In this document: positions 52,578 to 61,107 of the stretch, one piece after another
Layout: each line of letters starts with the position of its first letter
How positions within the stretch are numbered: position 1 is the stretch's first letter
NCBI GenBank assembly: GCA_963769325.1
Contig: CAVYLH010000003.1
Span: 866,391 to 930,390 of the forward strand
Length of the DNA: 64,000 nt
Direction: 5' to 3'
From: an uncultured Actinomycetota bacterium
Lineage (GTDB): Bacteria; Actinomycetota; Actinomycetes; Propionibacteriales; Propionibacteriaceae
The notes under the pieces: generated by a model
The model's input: only the letters and a program-made list of their open reading frames with translations
Database searches by the model: none
What the model was told of the DNA's origin: nothing
Translations under genes and position numbers: made by a program

Positions 52578-52931
52578 ATGCTGGCCGTCGCGGTCGCGCT
52601 GTGCTTCCTTGTCACCGGCGTCATCAAGCTGTTGCCCCGACGCTCGGTGGGTCGGCGCGCTGTGAATGCCGAGCCGGCCTGGCTGGCGGTGTTTCGAAGG
52701 GTGCGCGGCGTGCTCGAACTCCTCGGCGGCCTGGCTGTCCTGGCCGGCGCGGCGATCACCGTGGTACGGCTGAAGGCGCCGTTCCCCGCCTTCGAGATCG
52801 GCATCGCGTTGAGTTCGCTCGCCGCATGGACGGTGATCGACGCCGTGCGGCCGCGCGTGCGGCCCGTCGCCCTGGTTCTGGCGCTGGCGGGGTTCGCCCT
52901 GGCGGTCTTCTACGCCGGCTTCCGAGAGTGA
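52578..52931 (+). CDS. Small membrane protein (DoxX-like)
   Basis: Hydrophobic helices, FLVTGVIKL, GVLELLGGL. Confidence 0.7.
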   Translation: MLAVAVALCFLVTGVIKLLPRRSVGRRAVNAEPAWLAVFRRVRGVLELLGGLAVLAGAAITVVRLKAPFPAFEIGIALSSLAAWTVIDAVRPRVRPVALVLALAGFALAVFYAGFRE

Positions 52932-52932
52932 C

Positions 52933-54009
52933 GTGGACGCAGACGGCGTGCTCGCGTCCCGCCTGGCCAGGCAGCGACTGACCGGCCTTCCGGCGGCGAC
53001 CGCGCTTCAGGTAGTCAGCGAACTGCTCTGCGTCCAGTCCCAGGACGCGCCGCTCGCGCGGGCGATGATCGCCCTGCGCTGCGCCGGTGCTGAGGACGCG
53101 ACCGTGCGCGCCGCCGTGGCTGCGGGAGAAGTGGTGCGCACCCACATCCTGCGTCCGACGTGGCACTACGTTGCCGCGAAGGACCTGCGGTGGCTGCTGC
53201 GGCTCACTTCACCGAAGGTGGAATCGGGGATGGCCGCCCGGCATCGCGTGCTGGAGTTGGCCCCACGCCGGATCGATGTCGGGCTGGGCCTGATCGCCGA
53301 GCGCCTCGCGAGGCGGGCGTTCGCTTCCCGAACCGAGTTGGGGGTGGCGTTCGCCGAGGCCGGCCTGCTGGACCGCGACGATCCGCAATTCGGCCAACAG
53401 GTCGGGCATCTGCTCCTGGTGGCCGAACTGCGAGGCCTCATCTGCTCGGCTCCACTGGACCTGCTCGATCACCGCTACGCGCTCGTGGACGACGTCGTGC
53501 CGGCCGCGCAGGAGTTCAACCGTGCGTCAGCGCTCGATGTGCTCGTGGAGCGCTTCATCGCCGGACACGGACCGGTGGCGTTGACCGACTTGACCCGATG
53601 GGCACGGATCACTCTCACCGAGGCCAGGGCCGCCGCGTCCCGGCTCGGCGAGGCGATCACGGCGACTCGAGTCGACGGCGTGGAACTATTTGGCCCGTCC
53701 GCCGCCGCGCCCGTAGCGTCTGATCCTGCTCGGGCCTGGCTGCTGTCCACGTTCGACGAGGCATTCCTCAGCTATCGCGCAGTGCCGTGGCCCCGCTCCC
53801 CCCACCACCCTGACAGCGACGAACCGTACCGTTTCGCCGAGGCGGGTGGTGGGGTGGTGATACTCGACCGGCGCGACGTCGGATCCTGGAAGAGGACCCG
53901 ACCCGGTGGCCGAACGCAGATCACCCTCCGCCTGGATCCCACCTTGTCGGGCGTCGAACGGGAGGCCGTGGACGCCGCCGTCCACTCTCTCGTCAGGATC
54001 CTCGGCTAG
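52933..54009 (+). CDS. HTH_42 AlkZ-like DNA glycosylase
   Basis: RLARQRL, VQSQD (QxQ), VVRTHILRPTWHYV, HGP....DL.RWA, LLSTFDEAFLSY. Confidence 0.88.
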   Translation: MDADGVLASRLARQRLTGLPAATALQVVSELLCVQSQDAPLARAMIALRCAGAEDATVRAAVAAGEVVRTHILRPTWHYVAAKDLRWLLRLTSPKVESGMAARHRVLELAPRRIDVGLGLIAERLARRAFASRTELGVAFAEAGLLDRDDPQFGQQVGHLLLVAELRGLICSAPLDLLDHRYALVDDVVPAAQEFNRASALDVLVERFIAGHGPVALTDLTRWARITLTEARAAASRLGEAITATRVDGVELFGPSAAAPVASDPARAWLLSTFDEAFLSYRAVPWPRSPHHPDSDEPYRFAEAGGGVVILDRRDVGSWKRTRPGGRTQITLRLDPTLSGVEREAVDAAVHSLVRILG

Positions 54010-54021
54010 CCGACACACCGG

Positions 54022-54043
54022 TGTCGGATCGGACACCTACGCT
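54022..54043 (+). promoter_or_regulatory. PafBC/RecA-NDp-type promoter motif
   Basis: TGTCGG-N10-TACGCT. Confidence 0.5.
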
Positions 54044-54084
54044 GGTACTCGACATCCGAACCAGGAGAGCTCAGGAGCCCGCCA

Positions 54085-55995
54085 ATGACCGCCGAACCGC
54101 CCCGATCGGACGGGTCCTCGGCACCAGGCGGGAGTCTGTGGCGGCTGGCGCCTGGCACGCCCGCCCCGGACGGGCCGGGGGGCTCCGCCGACGTACGTCC
54201 ATCGTCCTCACCGGCGGACGCGGGCACGGCAGCCCACGCCAACGATCCGCGAGACGGCCCTGATCAGGTCGGCAGTTACCATCGCGGGTCGGGTCGGACG
54301 CCGCCCTCCGACCCGGCCCGGGGATGGAATCCGGACGAGCCGACCCAGTGGATCGGTCGGGACGGCGACGGAAGGCCTGAACCGACTCTGCTCCTGCCGG
54401 GAGGTGATCCCTCGGCCTGGGCTCCGCCGCCGAACCCTCGTGAGCGGACTCTCGCTTGGCCGGCATCGGTCGGGCCTCCTGCAGTGGCTCCGCACTCCGG
54501 GTCTCCGCCTCCCGCGGCGGAGTGGAGTCATGTCCAGCACGCCCGGCCGGAGGTTCGCCCGACCGGCCAACCATCCGAGTCGGCCGATGCGGCACTGCAC
54601 TTTCAGACCGGTCACCCCCCGGGTCCACCAGGCCTGACGTCGTGGTCAGCACCCACCCCAGCCGGGCGGCCGGTCAGCCAATCCTCCGAGTCGGCCGATG
54701 CGGCACTGCACTTTCAGACCGGTCACCCCCCGGGTGCACCAGACCTGACGTCGTGGGAAGCACCCACCCAGCCGCGGCGGCCGGCCAGCCAACCCGAGGC
54801 GTTGGCACCCCAGGAGGCGTCCGGCCAGCCCCAAACCCAGCCCCAAACCCAAACCCAAGCAAGGTTCGCCTACCCCCAGGGTCCTGGCCAGTACGGCTAC
54901 TCCGGCCAACCCGGCCGGTTCAGCTATGCAGCCGAGTACGAGATGAATCCGTCGCCACCGGGCTCTACCGTCCAGCCGGTGTCCCCCGGCGTGGGGTCAG
55001 GTCAGGACCTGCGCACCCCTCATGGGGCCGGTTGGCCGTCCGTGCACCCGGAGATCGCGGGCCAGCCGGGATGGAGCTACCCGGGGGCGCCGCAGTGGGT
55101 CGCCCCGCCGCCGACGTCGGCGCCCCCACCAGCGAAGAGGAATCGTGCCGGTTGGATCCTGCTGGGGCTGCTCGCCGCCCTGCTCATGACGGGGATGATC
55201 CTGACCGCATTGAACCCCACAGTCACCGAACTGCGCACGTCCAGCACGGGAAGACAGCCGACAGCCGGGCGGCCCACCACGACGGCGCCAACAACACCAA
55301 CGCCGGGATCGAGCAAGCCGATGGAATTGCCCGACGGCGAGAAGGACCGGCTGATCAAGAACCCTCTCTACTCGCTCCGGGTGCAGGCCGCATGCCCATC
55401 CCAAAGGGTGCCCAGCAGCCAGACGGCATTCCGCAAGCAGGTGAAGGCATTGGTCGACTGCGAGAACAAGGCCTGGTCCAAGGCGCTGAGCGCGATCTCG
55501 GGGGTGACCTTCGTGGCACCGACGGTGAAGTTCTACTCCACCAGCACCAAGTCCCCCTGCGGCCGGCTGAACAGCGCGTACCCAGCGAGCTACTGCACCG
55601 GTGACCGCACTCTCTACTTCTCGCGGGCCGCCTATCTCCAGGGTCGTTACTATCGGACGTCCGTCGCGCAGTTCGTCATGCACGAGTACGCCCACCACGT
55701 GCAGGAACTGGTTTCGATCTTCGACTCCAGCGATGCCCTCGCCGAGAGCGCCGCGGTCACGACCAGGCGAATCGAGCTGCAAGCACATTGCATGGCGCAT
55801 TACGCCATGACGCATTCCTCGATCGGGTTCGGTGCGGCTGACCGACGCGACGCGGAATACCAGTTCGACTACACCACCGATGCCCGCGGCCACGGCAGCC
55901 CCAAGGCCGAGCGGTACTGGGGCGTCCGCGGATTGCAGGCAGGCAACGTGGGTGCGTGCAACACCTGGAAGGCGAAGGCGTCCGTGGTGAAGTAG
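54085..55995 (+). CDS. YpfJ-like neutral zinc metallopeptidase with a long Pro-rich N-terminus
   Basis: TM segment, SPCG, YC.GDRTLY, HEYAHHVQ, RRIELQAHC, HGS. Internal 111-bp duplication at 54574/54685. Confidence 0.85.
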   Translation: MTAEPPRSDGSSAPGGSLWRLAPGTPAPDGPGGSADVRPSSSPADAGTAAHANDPRDGPDQVGSYHRGSGRTPPSDPARGWNPDEPTQWIGRDGDGRPEPTLLLPGGDPSAWAPPPNPRERTLAWPASVGPPAVAPHSGSPPPAAEWSHVQHARPEVRPTGQPSESADAALHFQTGHPPGPPGLTSWSAPTPAGRPVSQSSESADAALHFQTGHPPGAPDLTSWEAPTQPRRPASQPEALAPQEASGQPQTQPQTQTQARFAYPQGPGQYGYSGQPGRFSYAAEYEMNPSPPGSTVQPVSPGVGSGQDLRTPHGAGWPSVHPEIAGQPGWSYPGAPQWVAPPPTSAPPPAKRNRAGWILLGLLAALLMTGMILTALNPTVTELRTSSTGRQPTAGRPTTTAPTTPTPGSSKPMELPDGEKDRLIKNPLYSLRVQAACPSQRVPSSQTAFRKQVKALVDCENKAWSKALSAISGVTFVAPTVKFYSTSTKSPCGRLNSAYPASYCTGDRTLYFSRAAYLQGRYYRTSVAQFVMHEYAHHVQELVSIFDSSDALAESAAVTTRRIELQAHCMAHYAMTHSSIGFGAADRRDAEYQFDYTTDARGHGSPKAERYWGVRGLQAGNVGACNTWKAKASVVK

Positions 55996-56073
55996 GTGCT
56001 GCCGAGCGAAAACGCTGCGGGGCTGAAGCCCGGGCGCGAACGCCCTGCTCAGAGCCACAGCCCCACAGCGCCA

Positions 56074-56150
56074 GACTTCGGACTTCGGACTTCGGACTAC
56101 AGAGCTCAGAGCTCAGAGCTCAGAGCTCAGAGGCCGGAGTTCAGAGACCG
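56074..56150. repeat. Heptamer microsatellite (GACTTCG x3, GACTACA, GAGCTCA x4, then variants)
   Basis: 7-bp periodicity read directly. Confidence 0.85.
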
Positions 56151-56265
56151 GCGTCCCAATTCGAGCGTCCGACCACCTCATTGAATGGCCGGCTGCCCTC
56201 TCCCTGGGTCAGGCTCGCTTGCCCGGGTCATCCACTCCTGCCACGTGCGTTAACCATCGCGCGGG

Positions 56266-56480
56266 AGTCAACTGCACCGGCGATCGGGGGTTCACTCCGA
56301 CCCTCACCCCTGTTGCACCACCGCGCGAGTGAACTGCACCGGCGATCGGGGGTTCACTCCGACCCTCACCGCTGTCGCACCACGTGCTGCCCCGGCCGCT
56401 TGCACCACGACGCGGGACCCAACCGCAGGCCCGACTGGACTCCGACCCTCACCGCTGCACCACGTGCTGCCCCGGCCGCG
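56266..56480. repeat. Nested duplications (about 62-bp and 83-bp periods) at the DUF4262 3' end
   Basis: AACTGCACCGGCGATCGGGGGTTCACTCCGACCCTCACC x2, ACTCCGACCCTCACC x3, CACCACGTGCTGCCCCGGCCGC x2. Confidence 0.8.
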
Positions 56481-56934
56481 GCTGGAGCCACTCGGCGTTG
56501 GGTAGCCATCGTCGGAGGGAACCACCGTTCACGGCCCAGGTGAGTTGATAAGCCTGAACCGGCGCTCCGCGACGCCGCCGATAGTGACGGTTGGCTGCGT
56601 AGAGCGTCCACGGGTCGGGGAAGGCCTCGACGAGGAAGCGGTCGTCGGCACCCGGTGGCTGGACGATCTCGCCGGGGGTCAGCTCCTCACCCCCGCGCAC
56701 ATGGTCGAAGAACCAGTTGAGTACCACCCCTGCCGAGACGTGGTCGAGTCCGAAGACGATGAGTTCTGGGTGCCCCAACCCGAAGAGCCCCACGGTGTAC
56801 GCGAACGGCGGCGTTCGCTGCTCCCCCATGACCGCCTGGATGAAGCACCCGTGCTCGCGAATGATGTCGGCGACCCGACGGTCCTGCTGCGCGTTCCACG
56901 CCGCGATCTGCGCGGTGGTCAATTGCGTTGTCAT
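56449..56934 (-). CDS. DUF4262 domain protein
   Basis: IIREHG..IQAV, PPFAYTVGLFGLGHPELIVFGL, QL.W, WLQPRPG. Confidence 0.85.
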   Translation of the reverse strand: MTTQLTTAQIAAWNAQQDRRVADIIREHGCFIQAVMGEQRTPPFAYTVGLFGLGHPELIVFGLDHVSAGVVLNWFFDHVRGGEELTPGEIVQPPGADDRFLVEAFPDPWTLYAANRHYRRRRGAPVQAYQLTWAVNGGSLRRWLPNAEWLQPRPGQHVVQR

Positions 56935-56942
56935 GCGACAGG

Positions 56943-56964
56943 ACGCTAGGCGTCGGTCCCGACA
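56943..56964 (-). promoter_or_regulatory. PafBC/RecA-NDp-type promoter motif; likely leaderless DUF4262 mRNA
   Basis: Minus strand tTGTCGG-N10-TAGCGT, then 8 nt to the ATG. Confidence 0.6.
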
Positions 56965-57033
56965 ACCCTTGTCGCTCGCACGAGTACGTCGAGCGCCGGC
57001 GACCGCCCCGCGCTCGCCGGACGCGCCACCAAT

Positions 57034-57109
57034 GGGACATTCCCGCCACGAGATGCGTGAGGCGGCTCGTGCGCGCCACTCATGAGCGATCGGCCGACGA
57101 TTTTGTCCC
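57034..57109. repeat. 76-bp GGGACA...TGTCCC dispersed element
   Basis: aatGGGACATTCCCGCC...GACGATTTTGTCCCatt, just after the ychF stop. Confidence 0.8.
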
Positions 57110-57144
57110 ATTCCCGGCGCGCGAGGGTCGAGACCGGACTCGGG

Positions 57145-58221
57145 TCAGGTGTTGAAGCGGAACTCGACCACGTCGCCGTCGGCCATGACGTAGTCCTTGC
57201 CCTCCATGCGGGCCTTTCCGGCGGCGCGCGCTGCAGCTACCGAGCCTGCGGCGATGAGGTCGTCGAAGCTGATCACCTCGGCCTTGATGAACCCCTTCTG
57301 GAAGTCGGTGTGGATCACCCCGGCCGCCTCCGGTGCGGTGGCACCCTTGCGGATCGTCCACGCGCGGGACTCCTTTGGTCCGGCGGTGAGGTAGCTCTGC
57401 AGGCCGAGGGTCTCGTAGCCGACCCGGGCGAGGGTGTCCAGGCCTGGCTCGGCGATTCCCATCTCGACCAGGAACTCGCGAGCCTCGTCCGGCTCCATCT
57501 CCACCAGTTCCGACTCGATCTTCGCGTCCAGGAAGATCGCCTCCGCCGGCGCCACCAGGTCCCGCATCCGTTCGATCAGGACGGTGTCGGTGAGCTCGTC
57601 GGAGTCGCAGTTGAACACGTAGAGGTAGGGCTTGGCCGTCAGCAGGAACAGCTCGCGCAGCGGCTCGAGGTCGAGACCGGCCGCGTGCACCCCTACGCCC
57701 GGAGTCGAGCACGTCCTGCGCCTCCTGGTAGGCGGCAAGCGCCGGCTGCCGGTCCTTGCTTGATCCGGGCCTCCTTCTCCAGTCGCGGGCAGTGCCTTCT
57801 CGAGCGTCTGCAGGTCGGCCAGGATCAGCTCGGTACGGATCGTCTCGATGTCGCTGCCCGGGTTCACCGCGCCGTCGACGTGGGTGACGTCCGGGTCGCG
57901 GAACACCCGGGTGACCTGGCAGATCGCGTCCGCCTCACGGATGTTGGCCAGGAAGGCGTTGCCCATCCCCTCGCCCTTGGACGCGCCCTTCACGATGCCG
58001 GCGATGTCGACGAAGCTCACCGTGGCCGGCACGATCCGCTCGGAGTGGAACAGGTCCGACAGCACCGGCAGCCGCTCGTCCGGGACGCCCACCACGCCCA
58101 CGTTCGGCTCGATGGTCGCGAACGGGTAGTTCGCCGCCAGGACGTTGTTGCGGGTGAGCGCGTTGAACAGGGTGGACTTGCCCGCGTTGGGCAGTCCGAC
58201 GATGCCGATGGTGAGAGCCAC
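57145..58221 (-). CDS. ychF: Redox-regulated ATPase YchF (local compensating indels near 57690-57790)
   Basis: GIVGLPNAGKSTLFNALT, ANYPFATIEPN, DIAG, IHTDFQKGFIKAE, EGKDYVMADGDVVEFRFN. Confidence 0.96.
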   Translation of the reverse strand: MALTIGIVGLPNAGKSTLFNALTRNNVLAANYPFATIEPNVGVVGVPDERLPVLSDLFHSERIVPATVSFVDIAGIVKGASKGEGMGNAFLANIREADAICQVTRVFRDPDVTHVDGAVNPGSDIETIRTELILADLQTLEKALPATGEGGPDQARTGSRRLPPTRRRRTCSTPGVGVHAAGLDLEPLRELFLLTAKPYLYVFNCDSDELTDTVLIERMRDLVAPAEAIFLDAKIESELVEMEPDEAREFLVEMGIAEPGLDTLARVGYETLGLQSYLTAGPKESRAWTIRKGATAPEAAGVIHTDFQKGFIKAEVISFDDLIAAGSVAAARAAGKARMEGKDYVMADGDVVEFRFNT

Positions 58222-58341
58222 GTCGGCCTAGCCTAATGGAGTTCGGCCGGCCGACGTCACCGCACCCTCACCCTCACCCTGACCGCCACCTCCACCTCCA
58301 CCCCCATCCCCACTCACAGCCCGGTTCACCGCCCCAATCAC

Positions 58342-58415
58342 CGCCGAACCCCTCCGTCCTGGTCGAGGCCCTGTACTCGAGCGCAGGGGTTCGACCCGAA
58401 CGGAGGGGTTCGGCG
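58342..58415. repeat. 74-bp long hairpin (REP-like)
   Basis: CGCCGAACCCCTCCGT / ACGGAGGGGTTCGGCG perfect 16-bp arms, with further pairing inside (GGTCGA..CCCTG / CAGGG..TCGACC). Confidence 0.75.
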
Positions 58416-58467
58416 TGGACGGCGAGGCGGATTCGCACCCGCCGGCGACCCGCGCCATCCTGGGAGC

Positions 58468-59385
58468 ATGAACCAGTTGGACGCGGTGATCTTCGACCTC
58501 GGCGGGGTCGTGCTCGAATGGGTTCCGCAGCGAGCTTTCGAACAGGTCATGCCTCGCAGTGAAGTGCCGGCGTTCATGGACCGCATCTCGTTCCACGACT
58601 GGAACCGCACGACGGACGCGGGACGCAGTTTCGCCGAGGCCGAAGCCGAACTGATTGGCCGGTTTCCCGATTACTCCGCGGCCATCCGCGCCTACCGGAC
58701 CCATTATCTGCGCACGCTGACCGGCATGGTGCCAGGCACCCCGGCCGTGCTCGCTGAACTCGGGCAGGCGAACGTTCCCGTCATGGCACTCACAAACTGG
58801 TCGGCCGAGACATTCCCACTTGCCCGGGATCGGTTTGGCATCCTGGGCCGGTTTCAGGACATCGTTGTGTCCGGCGAGCGACAGGTCGCCAAGCCCGACC
58901 CGGCAATCTTCGAGATCGCGTGTCAACGATGGCGGTTCGCCCCCGACCGGACGATCTTTGTCGATGACTCACCCGCCAATGTGGCCGCGGCCAACCGGTT
59001 CGGGCTACGCGGTCTGCTCTTCACCGGGGCTGATCAACTCCGGGACGACCTCGTCGGCCTTGCACTCCTGCCACCGTCCCAACCTGTGGAAGCGCCGGTG
59101 TTCCATTGGGCATTACACACCGAATGGGACCAGGCGTTGGCGAGTGGACGCTACCCGTGGTCTGGACGCGGGCTCGAGTACGAGGCCGCAGGTTTCGTGC
59201 ACTGCTTCTTTGAACACCAGCTAGCACAGACCAGAACCAGGTTCTACGCCGACCTGGCAGACTCCGAAGTCGTCCTGCTCCGGCTCGATCCCGCCGGTCT
59301 GCCGTTCGTGATCGAGGAAGGCTTCCCGCACCTGTTCGCCCCGCTCCCGGTGCAGGCCGCCGAGGTCACCCCTCTGCCCCGCTGA
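58468..59385 (+). CDS. HAD-family phosphatase fused to a C-terminal DUF952 domain
   Basis: IFDLGGV, LTNWS, KPDPAIF, FVDD; C-terminal FHWA...W...GFVHC...QL..T..RFY...FPHLFAPL. Confidence 0.85.
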   Translation: MNQLDAVIFDLGGVVLEWVPQRAFEQVMPRSEVPAFMDRISFHDWNRTTDAGRSFAEAEAELIGRFPDYSAAIRAYRTHYLRTLTGMVPGTPAVLAELGQANVPVMALTNWSAETFPLARDRFGILGRFQDIVVSGERQVAKPDPAIFEIACQRWRFAPDRTIFVDDSPANVAAANRFGLRGLLFTGADQLRDDLVGLALLPPSQPVEAPVFHWALHTEWDQALASGRYPWSGRGLEYEAAGFVHCFFEHQLAQTRTRFYADLADSEVVLLRLDPAGLPFVIEEGFPHLFAPLPVQAAEVTPLPR

Positions 59386-60622
59386 AGAACACCGCGAGCG
59401 CATCGGTGAGCCATTTCGGGTCCGAGACGCCGCACAGTTCTCGCGCAGAATGCATGCTGAGCAGCGGGATCCCCACGTCGACGCTCGCGATGCCCAATCG
59501 GGTGGCGGTGAGCGGACCGATGGTGGTGCCGCACGGAACCGCGTTGTGGGAGACGAACGCCTGGGTCGGGACATTCGCCGCCCGACAGATCCGCAGCCAG
59601 CGAGCCGTGGACGGGCCTTCACTGGTATACCTCTGGTTCGCATTCACCTTCAGCAACGGTCCCGCGTTCACCATGGGCCGGTGGTCGGGATCGTGCAGTT
59701 GTGGGTAGTTCGGGTGGATGGCGTGACCGGCGTCCGCGGACACCACGAACGAGTCGGCCAGCGCGCGACCGAACTCGTCATCACTCCAGCCCAGGCTTGC
59801 GGCGAGACGTCGCAGCACGCTCTCCAGCACGGGACCGGACGCGCCACTGCGGGACGCACTTCCGATCTCCTCGTGGTCGAAACAGGCCAGAACCTGCACC
59901 CGATCGGACGGTTCCGCGGCCAGCAGGGCCACCACGCCAGCGTGCACGCTGGACAGGTTGTCGAGACGCGCGGACGCGAAGAACTCCCCCGCCACCCCGA
60001 TGACCGCCGGCGCTTCGGTCACTGCCGCGAAGAGGTCGTGACCATCGATTTCGTCGCGATGTCGGCCTAGAGCGCCGGCGACGGCGGACAGCAGATCAAC
60101 CGACGCTGTTCCGAAGATCGGCTTGAGGTGCGCCTGGCGATCCAAGTGGAGGCTGTCGTTCACGCTGCGGTCAAGGTGGGGGGCAACTTGCGGGATCCTC
60201 AGCCATGCGGGAGTGGACACCAGATGGACAGCTCCGTCGCGGGTCACCACGCGTCCGGCAAGGCCGAACTCGCGATCGAGCCACGAGTTGAGCAGCGGCC
60301 CGCCGTACACTTCCATGCCGGCCTGTGACCAGCCGAAGGCGTAGGTGGAAGGTTCTGGTTTGAGCTTGAACCCGGGCGAGTCGCTGTGGGCCCCGACAAT
60401 GCGGAAGCCAGGGCTGGCCACGTCCTGCGGTACGCGCCACGCGATGATGGCGCCGTCCCGAACAACATAGCCTGCGCCGGTGGGATCCCACGGTGCGGAC
60501 TCGAGTTGCTCCGTGAACCCGGCGGCCCCGAGTCGGCGGGCGACCTCGGCGACGGCGTGATAGCTGGACGGTGACGCGGCGACGAAGGCAGCCAGGTCAT
60601 CGATGTGAGCGCGAGCAGACAT
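59366..60622 (-). CDS. M18-family aminopeptidase
   Basis: ASPSSYHAV, GAHSDSP, EVYGG, RLDNL, FDHEEIGS, SADAGHAIHPNY, SMHSARE. Confidence 0.95.
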   Translation of the reverse strand: MSARAHIDDLAAFVAASPSSYHAVAEVARRLGAAGFTEQLESAPWDPTGAGYVVRDGAIIAWRVPQDVASPGFRIVGAHSDSPGFKLKPEPSTYAFGWSQAGMEVYGGPLLNSWLDREFGLAGRVVTRDGAVHLVSTPAWLRIPQVAPHLDRSVNDSLHLDRQAHLKPIFGTASVDLLSAVAGALGRHRDEIDGHDLFAAVTEAPAVIGVAGEFFASARLDNLSSVHAGVVALLAAEPSDRVQVLACFDHEEIGSASRSGASGPVLESVLRRLAASLGWSDDEFGRALADSFVVSADAGHAIHPNYPQLHDPDHRPMVNAGPLLKVNANQRYTSEGPSTARWLRICRAANVPTQAFVSHNAVPCGTTIGPLTATRLGIASVDVGIPLLSMHSARELCGVSDPKWLTDALAVFFSGAEG

Positions 60623-60719
60623 GCGCCCAGTCTGCACCCTGCCCACGACCCTCCACCCGGGGCTTGCGCTCGACAGGCCCCGTTCTCCCAGGGAGCGCCA
60701 ACGGCGCCACCGAGACGAA

Positions 60720-60795
60720 GGGACAAGACCGCCCCGGGATCACCCTTGCCCGCCCCGAACGGTTGACGAGACCGATCGCGCGGCAGGAATGTCCC
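60720..60795. repeat. 76-bp GGGACA...TGTCCC dispersed element
   Basis: GGGACAAGACCGCC...GATCGCGCGGCAGGAATGTCCC; intergenic. Confidence 0.8.
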
Positions 60796-61078
60796 AAAGG
60801 GGCCGGCCACCGCGATCGGGACGCGCCAGTGGGACCGAGCCGTCAGCGTTCGGAGTGGTGGGGATTGCGCCTGCACGACAGGTGAGACCAGCTCGACACC
60901 GGCGACCAGGACAACTGGTGCGACCAGCACGACGAGAGAGCTGACCAGCACAGCCGGGGTGCGACCGACACGAAAGGGATGTCCAGCACAGCGGGGGCGA
61001 CCGAGAAGGGAGTCGGGTGGGGTTCCACCGGACTCCGGACGGATGGATTCTGCGGTGCCGAGCGTCGGTCGCAGGAAG

Positions 61079-61100
61079 TGTCGGTGGCGGACGGCATGAT
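61079..61100 (+). promoter_or_regulatory. PafBC/RecA-NDp-like promoter motif upstream of rmuC
   Basis: TGTCGG-N10-CATGAT, then 7 nt to ATG 61108. Confidence 0.55.
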
Positions 61101-61107
61101 CGTCTGC

